A stretch of DNA of 15,994 nt from Azolla caroliniana (lineage: Eukaryota; Plantae; Polypodiophyta): positions 1-15,994 of the forward strand of contig JBHGNT010000768.1 in NCBI GenBank assembly GCA_043228905.1, given 5' to 3'. Both the position numbers and the translations under genes were made by a program. Every line of letters begins with the position of its first letter. Positions within the stretch are counted from its first letter, which is position 1. Shown one piece after another: positions 1-8,628 of the stretch. The notes beneath the pieces are model-generated. The model made no database searches and had not been told where the DNA came from. It saw only the letters and a program-made list of their open reading frames with translations.

Positions 1-3000
1 GGAATTTAAAAAAAGGTTTCTAGAGGGTACGAGAAGTCTAGAGTAGTGATTGTTGAAGATTTAGACAAATAACGAACGTATTGATGTATTAACTACATAT
101 GTGGCTACATTTGTACATGGTTACCTACATACTATTCATTGCAATTGCCAATAACCAATCACAATAAAAGAGAATGGCAATGAGCATTGTTTAGGACACT
201 TTTATTTACGAATTAGTGAAATTCTTTTACATCCATGAAGTACTGCAAACATCAAGGAATTTAGCAGAACTTTACCAAATTTCAACTTCTGTTTTGCCTT
301 ATTAATATCTCAAACTAGACATTTTTTGAGTGGGGGCTACTTTTTTGCAAACCCTAATGATCATGCATCGTTTTTATTATTATCATGGTGATTATGTTTA
401 TATTATTGTTGCTTAGGTCAATATTGAAAAAATAGACACTTTGACCAACAATCATCCAATATATAGCGTTTTTCATACTTCAAATTCTACCATTTATTGT
501 TATTTTGTGTTCCAATACATATGATATCAAATTATCGACGATCAAGTCATTGAATGATAATTTCTTTGATCGCACTTAGTCTAAACATTGAGGACCCTAA
601 GGCATTGGATTTTTTGGACATCTATTGAATATTCACTGGTTATGTGTGTTAGTTTTTCAAGTGAAAGAACAACATTGTAGCAACAAACGTGCATGCATAA
701 GTCTCATTCTCGAGATTTAATAGGTTGACAGTTAACCAAATGAATAGTTTCTAATCTATGGCCCATTTCATCTTTTCCAAGTTACAGAAATATATAATGA
801 AATTGTGATCGCCATTCAACAACAATAATACAATGTCCACATTTTTATATATGTGGCAAATAGGAGTATGCAAAATGCTCACATATGTTGACCCAAGACA
901 CATTATGTATTTCTTCTTCCGTTGGTTCTTATTAGGTTTGTTCAAAAAATAATTTCCAGCTTGGGGAAACCAAACAATCATTTCTCATTATTTAATATAA
1001 TATAGATTATGATAAAAATTTAGGGAATGACACTTGCTTCCCATTTGTATTAAAATATCATGGTATTGCGCCCAATTATGGATCCATTAATATACCATGA
1101 TTTTGTCGGTATATTGAATTAATAGATCATGTAGCACTATTAGCATTCCCTCACATAATGTACACTAGACAACACTATCATTGTCCAAGCATGGGTTGTC
1201 GCCAATGTCAATTTTGAAAAGCCATGTGTTCAAGATCAAAATGGGTGTGTATGATCCATGATTCAAGGCAAAATTACAAAGCATTTTTTATTATAACAAA
1301 CGCAACAAATACATTGCTCAATGTTTCAAACCACAACCTTAACGTGATGCACAAGCTTGATCGCTACATCAACATGTTTTGAAATTCAAAAGATTCAATA
1401 ATATGTGGGCATGTCTAGACTCTCAAGTAACTTAATACAAGGGAATGTTTTGTACTCCCTCATTATACACTCACTATCATGAAAAGACTTAGTTTTCCCC
1501 TTTATTAGGACGGAACCTTGGAACTTGGGTTCCCATTTCTTATTGCATTGGTAACAATGTTTCTTAACGAGGACTGGATTAATATGTTGGCTACATGCCA
1601 AGGTGTGGCACCTTAAACCTTATATAGTTCTCATATTATCTATGTGAAGCATCGCTTTTTCAATATTGACACTTACTTATGAAGCATGAGTTAATTGGCG
1701 GTGAGCGCTTTGGATAAACTCAATGAATCAGTTACGTCACTTCTTACACGAGTCATCATCTGATTCTATTCGACAACTCCATTGTAGAAGGGAGGTGGCA
1801 AGTGAACTCTAAATGTGATTTGTTAGGAGCTTGTATTGGCTGTATAATATGTAATGATATCTGATGAAAGACAAGAAAAAGGAGTTAAAAATTTAATCCA
1901 ATACTCTTGAGTCTTAACTGTTTATGGTAAGCAGTTAAATAAATAAATAAATAATGCAGTAGATTTTGGTTATTTAAAAAAAAAACTCTATTAAGTATCA
2001 GGTAACTATTATTAGTAAATGTGGAATGAGTTTTTGAGACTTGGGAACCTATAATATTAGAGTAAATAAATAAAATTTAATTCAATTAGTTTAAATTGAA
2101 TGCTTTCTTTTGGAATAGGAGTCTACAGAAAAAAATGCCTTATTTAAACCTTTTTGGGCGGGAAAAATGGCAATAAAAATAAACAATAAGCAATAAATAA
2201 TAAATGAAGAGGTCATAGAAAATCGAGAAGGAAACAATAAATCAAAGAGATTGTAATTTGTAATTGCTTTCGAAAACCGCTCCCTTTTTGTAAGTATTAT
2301 TACCACATCAATGAACACACACACACATGTCACACAATCCATAGCAAGATGTGCATTCAATTCACTATTTCGAACCTACATGTTCCTTACATTGTTTTGT
2401 TTGAGTGTGCTGGTGTCGGTGCCGATGCCGGTATCGGTGTTGTATGCCTTGCATGTGCTTGTGTTTGGGCCTATGCTTGTTGTACACATGCAGTCACATG
2501 TGCCCGTGTGCTAACATTTATCTAAAAGGACTTGATTTGCAACCAAAATATTTTGCTCCGATGTATACCCTCAAGACTTTGCTTTTCCCCTCCTTGTGCC
2601 ATGCCTGCCAAGTTTCTCTTTATTTTCCCGCAATGCCCACGACCAACAACTCCGTAAAAGACAAAAAAAAGGAATCACATTGATTGGATAACTCTTCAGA
2701 TCACCAAACATGCACACGTTTATACCTTTGAGAAGCAATGGATGAATTGACCAAATATAATTGCTCACAATGTATGATATCACATAGCATTTTCGTAGCA
2801 CAATGACCTTTTAAGGAGTTTGTTTTTTGTTGAGAAAATAAACTGACAAGTTTTTCCCCTTACTTCTATGCACCTAGTAGATATTGGTTATAAGCTAGAA
2901 ACTATGAGATGCCCCTAAACTTTTTTTTCCTAATATATTGTCATCTTCTTGACCTTGGTCATTGGAAGAAAGTAAAAGGAAATTGAGGGAATGCTAGAAG

Positions 3001-3153
3001 TTTTTCCTTGTTAGTATATAGTTCATGCCTAGTGTGCCAATCTCTTGGTTGATCACAAGCTAAAGAATTTGGTCTTAATACTATGTATAGGGCCTACACA
3101 TTGCCCTTTTGACTAGATAGTTAATCTCTAATAAGTTGAGGTCACTATTCATG

Positions 3154-3245
3154 AATGCTACTTGAGAAGTTGGTGCAAACATGATATTGAAATTTGAACA
3201 ATGCTACTTGAGAAGTTGGGGCACACATGACATTGAAATTTGAGC
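3154..3245. repeat. 46-bp tandem duplication (2 copies)
   Basis: AATGCTACTTGAGAAGTTGG...TTGAAATTTGA.C occurs at 3154-3199 and 3200-3245, with 4 mismatches by eye. Confidence 0.9.
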
Positions 3246-4160
3246 TTGTCAGGTGAGAATATATAACTTTTTATTCAATGTTAAAGATAGAAAGAAAGTG
3301 CCTCTCCATCCTAATGCCAATTGATCTCAAGTGGAATGATCATCACACGCTCTCTTACATGGTGTAATGTTGAGGCTATACCCAAAATATTATTTTCTTA
3401 ATACCAAAAGTACCTTTGGTCAAACCAATGAAAAACTAAACAATGATTAGCTTAGACCCTATGCATTGCTAGAAGGGAAGGAGTAATCGTGAAACATGCA
3501 ATTTAATAAAGTGAGATTGTTTAATTATTATAATCAAGGTAACCTTATTAGGATAACCATATTAAAATATCATGCAAATGTAAAGATATCAAACTCATCG
3601 AATGATGCAACTTGCAAATTGAATAAGATTAACTTGATTAATCACATGATACAACTTAATTACAATCTTACAATGCATCTTGATAAGATAAAGGTATTTA
3701 ACTAGTATATGCACCATCATTAGATCAAAGTAATAATTTATGGTGCAATCAAATTTAATTATCATATGACTTTGTTTTAAAAAAGTAAATTAATTTCAAA
3801 ATAATTTATTATGAGACAACAAACCTCGACATTCTTTCATTTTCTTAATGGTCTAGATGACCAATAATAGATTCAAAGTAATGAAAATGATTCTACGGAT
3901 ATAATTATTTTAAATAGAAAAATAGAAAATTGAAACTTCATCACTTAGTAATTTTTTTGGTAAAATCAGGAAGTTCAAGGAAAGTGTCTTATTCGTTTGT
4001 AGTCATTTATGATGCATGTAGGGAAGTGATACAATCTCAAGCACGAGCATTTATGGTGTTTGTATGTTAACTTTGAAGAAACTTCATAAAACAAATTTCA
4101 ACACTTCCAAATTCTTTTTAAATGGAATATGAATGCCTTCACCCCATACTCTGAGCATAT

Positions 4161-4173
4161 AAAGAAGTATCAA
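4161..4173 (+). repeat. LINE target-site duplication, left copy
   Basis: AAAGAAGTATCAA is identical to 14630-14642. It follows a T (T|AAAG, resembling an L1 endonuclease site) and directly precedes LINE coding similarity. Confidence 0.85.
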
Positions 4174-4175
4174 AT

Positions 4176-5118
4176 CCTACGTGGCACTCAGATCCCGTTT
4201 TCTAGTGGATCAATCAAGGAGTGAGCACCAAATATTTGGGTTTCCAAATTGGGTTCAACATACCACCTGAGACTATGATTACATTAGTTATTCACTCCAT
4301 TCAACAAAAGTTAATACATTGGAGTTCGAATAAACTATCGCTAGCGGGGCGCATCATAGTGGCAAACCAGGTATTGCTCGCAATAGCAAAGTACAACCTA
4401 TCATGTTGGACAATCTCCAAGGAAAGTATACACTAGATTCAATGACTAGTACGCAACTACTTTTGGTATGGTAAGAAAGATCATACAACTTAGGCCAAGG
4501 TGGCGTGGCCTATACTCACATCGCCTAAGTCGAGAGGAGGATTGGGTCTTATTGATCCCCTCTCACAATCAAAGCCCTACTCGCCAAATTTGTGGTGCGA
4601 GGACTCCAACTAGGGAATGATTGTTGGAAAATGTTATAGTGGTTACGCTTCGCTTACTTTAGGCCACAAAAAGGGACCAATTGGGCCCCCCAAACTGGAT
4701 GGATTCTAAACATGGATCTCAAACCTAGTTTCTCCCGCCAAATGGAGGATAGATTTAGTGTATCTATGTGGAAGGTGTGGTGTGACATTAGACGAGGACT
4801 CAAGTGCGATGAACCCAATTTTGAACCTGCCTAGCTCAGTCAACGTATCCTATGGAACACATGTATTAGGGATGAAACTAATCAACTAATTGGATCAAGA
4901 AAGGGGTTGTCATGGGGATACATGTTGGAAGGTCTAGGAAAAAGTATAGAATGTTGGAGACGGTTTATGTCATTGCCAATACAAGACCAAGCTAACATCC
5001 TCCATGGAATCAGGGGCAGATGGGCTATGAGATATGAAATCATTAACACTCTACTGATTAGGGAAGTTGCTCATCAAAGGACAACAACGGAGAAATGGAT
5101 AAGCTACAAGGAGGAGGG
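4176..5118 (+). pseudogene. LINE ORF2 fragment, end of RT and thumb region (left part)
   Basis: KYLGFQIG...KLIHWSSNKLSLAGRIIVANQVL...IQ*LVRNYFWYG...AKVAWPILTSPKSRGGLGLIDP are motifs typical of plant L1 ORF2. The frame has several stops and frameshifts. Confidence 0.88.
5114..5118 (+). repeat. Copia TSD, left copy (GAGGG)
   Basis: Identical to 13482-13486 and flanks the TG...CA element ends. Confidence 0.95.
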
Positions 5119-5220
5119 TGTCGAATACAAATGTATAATGGACGTATTCACACTATCCTCTTAGAGAGCCCAAGTTCGGGCTATTTCTGTAAATAACATA
5201 AAGGGCAGTTGCCCTAAGTG

Positions 5221-5240
5221 AGTCACTATATAAAGTGACT
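5221..5240 (+). promoter_or_regulatory. Putative LTR TATA box inside a 7-bp inverted repeat
   Basis: AGTCACT-ATATAA-AGTGACT, with TATATAAA at 5227-5234. The same sequence is present in the 3' LTR. Confidence 0.6.
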
Positions 5241-5316
5241 TTGTAACCTTTTGTAAAGGTTGGTTGTTCATGGTTGTAACTGTTGCCCTTTTATGAATAT
5301 AGATATATTCTTTGTG

Positions 5317-5317
<1 letters not shown>

Positions 5318-5361
<44 letters not shown>
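5318..5361. repeat. (CT)n microsatellite in copia 5' LTR
   Basis: Perfect CT run. The counterpart is at about 13333-13375. Confidence 0.95.
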
Positions 5362-5365
<4 letters not shown>

Positions 5366-5465
5366 GTATATTGTTCTTGTTTTTCTCATACGCAGGTATT
5401 TCTTCCTCATAGACTCATATTGTGTGACTTCTTCCGCACTGACGGCCTTGTTCATCCCCAACATT

Positions 5466-5477
5466 TGGTATCAGAGC
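5466..5477 (+). promoter_or_regulatory. Primer-binding site for initiator tRNA-Met
   Basis: TGGTATCAGAGC lies 2 nt after the 5' LTR and is the canonical plant iMet PBS. Confidence 0.95.
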
Positions 5478-7618
5478 TTGGATGTCCTTCATCCCGATGC
5501 CGGCCGCCATTCGAATCTTTGGATCACAACATTCTGTTTTTTGTTGTTGTTTTGTATTTGAAGAAACAGAGAAGAGAGAAGAAGAAGAAGAAAAACGAGG
5601 CTTGCATCTCATTGCGTTAGATCATCTTCGCTTGGAGTAAGCCAACCGGCTGTACTCTGTTCCTCGTGATCGTAACCGCTCGAGGTGAAATCCCCTTGTG
5701 CAACATTGACACGATCGTGCTCCACTCGGTTAAACGGCATCCGAACAGGTCACCGAACGCTGCTCGCCGCCTGTTGTAACCACTCGGTGCAGATCGATCT
5801 CAAGACAACAACCCCAATTCGTGCTTCATCCGGCTGATCGACATTCGGGAGGATCAATTGGATCCGTCTCTCTCGTCGTTGTAGTCACCCGAAGCAGAAT
5901 CGGTCCAGATAATCGGTATTTGGCATATATATTCGGAAGCAAACCGGGCTCACTCCAACTCGGTAACATTCGGGAAGACCAGTCGGTTCTGTCCCTCGAG
6001 TTACCGGAGTCAATTCGAGCAAGTTCAACAATACACATATCCGAAACCGAACCGACTCGGGTTCAAATCCAACTAGAACGATATCGGGTGAGCCGACCGG
6101 CTGCACTCCAACAAGGTTCGTAGTCAACTCCGAACCGAACTTCGTCAACCGAAACCAAATCTGATGGCATCAACATCCGGCTCATCGGAAATGTGTCTAA
6201 GGAGGTTCGACGGTTCGAACTTCAATTTTTGGAAGGAGCAAATGCAGGACTATCTTATAGTCAAGGGTCAGATCGATCCGATTGAGAATGAAACTGCTCC
6301 AGAAATATACAAGGCAAATGAGTGGTAGAAGCTGGACAGAATCGTTCGCGCCACGATTCGGATGCACCTGTCGGAGTCAGTGTACTTCACAGTGCAATCG
6401 TGCACGACAACCTTCGAACTTTGGAAGAAGCTGTCGGAAACCTACGAAAAGAAGGTCGCCTCAACGAAGATGTATTTGATCCGGCGCCTCTACAACCTGC
6501 AGATGAAAGACTCCGATTTGGTTCAGGCACACCTTAACGAGTACGAAAGTTTGAGCTCCCAAATCTCGTCACAGGGGACGACAATTGAGGATGAACTCAG
6601 AGCAATGATACTCATGAGTAGTCTCCCCTCCTCTTGGGAAACCTTCGTTACAACTGTGTGCAACGCTTCTACGACTACCATCAAGTATTCCGAAGTCACA
6701 AGTGCAATCCTGACTGAAGCAGCTCGGAGAAAGTCTTTCACCAAAGACTCGGCAGAAGAAGCCTATGTAGTACAAGGTTCGACCGACCGATCGAACAACC
6801 GGGGAAGAAGTTCTTCCCGACCGCCGACAAATCAGCGAAGCTGTAGCAAGTCCCGGGAAACCCGAATCTGCAACTACTGCAAGAAACCGGGACACATCAA
6901 GGCCGACTGTCGGGTACTCAAGTCAAAGACAGACAAAGCTCAGAGAGCTGATCAAAGGAGTAACCGACATGAGGAAGTCAACTACGTCGGCTCTTCAACC
7001 GAGATACTAACGACCGACCCGAACATATTGTCTATAGAGAATCCAATCAAATCAGAAGTTCTGCTTACGATTGAGGAATCAAGCACATGGCTTCTGGACT
7101 CGGGCGCGTCGTATCACGTGACACCTCACCGATCACAGTTTCGGCAATATTCGAACCGGCACTCCAACTCAGTTCGAGTCGGAAATTCGCAGCATTGTGC
7201 TATCATCAGAGTCGGCACCGTAGAGCTCAACCTTCCGGGTGGCTCTACACTCGTACTACACAACGTCCGACACGTTCCTAAGCTCTCACGACCCTTGATC
7301 TTAGTCGGACAACTTGATGAAGTTGGCATCCGTGCTGGTTTCTCATCAGGAGGGTGGATACTCCACAGAGGGAACCTCCTGCTTGCTAAAGGACCAAAGG
7401 TACACTCATTGTACCCTTTGTATGTCACACTCAGAGAGGGTGACTTATTTCTGGTAGATATCCTTGTGTCATCCTTATGGCATGGACGACTTGGACACCT
7501 CAGCAAGACCGACATCACGCACCTATCCAGAGCCGGATACATCCCGAAACTCTCCTTCTCAGACCATCAGTTTTGCGAGCATTGCTAGTACGGCAAACAG
7601 GTAGCCACATCACACTAG

Positions 7619-7922
7619 CAGCACCAAGAGAGTCGAGCCCGCTCGATTTGGTCCACTCGGACGTCTATGGTCCGATGCCACATCAGTCACTCGGTGGTGC
7701 CTCGTACTTCGTTAGTTTCATTGACGACTCGACTCGGAAGGTGTGGGCTTACCCCATCATAACCAAAGATCAGCACCAAGAGAGTCGAGCCCGCCCGATT
7801 TGGTCCACTCGTACGTCTGTGGCCCGATGCCACATCAGTCACTCGGTGGTGCCTCGTACTTCGTTAGTTTCATTGACGACTCGACTCGGAAGGTGTGGGC
7901 TTACCCCATCAGAACCAAAGAT
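7619..7922 (+). repeat. 152-bp tandem duplication in the copia integrase core
   Basis: Copies at 7619-7770 and 7771-7922 (CAGCACCAAGAG...CCAAAGAT) differ at 5 positions. The length is not a multiple of 3. Confidence 0.95.
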
Positions 7923-8167
7923 CGGGTGTTCTCGATCTTCTCAGATTGGCTCGCAATGGTCGAAAACCAGACCGATCGGAAACTGAAGTGTCTCCGAACC
8001 GACAATGGAGGTGAGTTCAAATATGATGAATTCGTCAAATTTTGCCGAGAACGCGGCATTAGACGTGAATATACGGCACCATATAGTCCGGAGCAAAACG
8101 GAATCGCAGAACGCATGAATCAGACGATTCAAGAACGCGTTGTATCCATGCTCTAACACTCCGGACT

Positions 8168-8172
8168 ATCGG
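8168..8172 (+). repeat. Gypsy TSD, left copy (ATCGG, one mismatch to GTCGG)
   Basis: The right copy GTCGG is at 10775-10779. Removing the insert restores the copia integrase frame HSGLSDGF*AEAL. Confidence 0.88.
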
Positions 8173-8628
8173 TGTCATGAGATGGCAAGACTCGAACCCA
8201 TGACCTTATGGTATATGGGTCGAGCTCTTAACCATCACACCATCTATAGTAATTCATAAGATATTATTATCATTTATGTTTTATTATAAGAAAGTAATGT
8301 ATATTCCAGATTTCTCTGGAACATTCTAGAAGTTTCAGGATTACTCATGACAACACTATAAAAGAAGGCACTAGGCATTATGTTGAACCAAATTGGTTCA
8401 ACGCCAGTCTTAAGCCTCTCAGCCGCTTTGTACTTATCTTTTCACATAATATATTAGCTGCTGTCATCATCTTTCTCTCTCTCTCATCCTCGCTATCTCT
8501 CTCTCTCTCTCTCTCTCTCCTCTTCTCACTTCCTCTCTCGGGAATCTTACGTTGTCCCGTCCTCTTAGTACTAATAGTACTGCTCTTCTTAGTACTAATT
8601 CCCTCTCTGCTTTAGTACTATTCTTGAC
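8173..8628 (+). repeat. Gypsy 5' LTR (3' end fused to RNase H sequence)
   Basis: Direct repeat of 10308-10774 with 6 substitutions outside the CT tract and the terminal bases. TATAAAA at 8357-8363. Confidence 0.95.
8180..8245 (-). promoter_or_regulatory. tRNA-like module with Pol III A and B boxes in gypsy 5' LTR (not a foldable tRNA gene)
   Basis: The minus strand reads AGA TGGTGTGATGG TTAAGAGC TCGACCCATATACCATA AGGTC ATG GGTTCGAGTCT TGCCATCT. A-box-like motif at 8232-8242, B box at 8188-8198, with tRNA-like spacing. Confidence 0.6.

Larger units (their letters stand above)
5119..5463 (+). repeat. Copia 5' LTR (345 bp)
   Basis: TGTCGAATAC...CCCAACA is a direct repeat of 13138-13481. Outside the (CT)n tract I count 6 transitions and one 1-bp indel. 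Confidence 0.97.
6164..8172 (+). pseudogene. Copia gag-protease-integrase (N-terminal part of polyprotein), disrupted
   Basis: ATG 6164 reads MASTSGSSEMCLRRFDGSNFNFWKEQM. Motifs: zinc knuckle CNYCKKPGHIKADC, protease WLLDSGAS, GAG-pre-integrase LWHGRLGH...FCEHC, integrase core HSDV / LRTDNGGEF / NGIAERMN. Lesions: stops at 6326, 7586 and 8154, a frameshift near 7615 and a 152-bp duplication. Confidence 0.95.

Noticed and set aside
1914-2040. Short inverted repeats (TTAACTG/CAGTTAA, AAAAACTC/GAGTTTTT) as MITE or Helitron ends
   Set aside because: They are too short for AT-rich DNA, and I found no TSD or matching terminus.
2405-2683. Cys-rich ORF MCWCRCRCRYRCC... resembling a metallothionein
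   Set aside because: It comes from a low-complexity GTGYCG/TG-rich tract, starts at GTG and lacks metallothionein Cys spacing.
3154-3245. Direct repeats as a CRISPR-like array
   Set aside because: There are only two adjacent copies with no spacer, in a eukaryotic context.
5283-5620. ORFs with SLSLSL runs (also 13301-13590 and 8467-8676 ERERER)
   Set aside because: These are translations of the LTR (CT)n microsatellites.
5821-6148. Short ORFs on both strands in the copia 5' leader, and antisense ORFs over gag-pol
   Set aside because: They have no recognisable motifs and are expected shadows in GC-richer sequence.
8180-8245. Calling the LTR module a functional tRNA gene
   Set aside because: The anticodon stem does not pair, the T stem is weak and no anticodon can be assigned. 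It is kept only as a tRNA-like promoter module.
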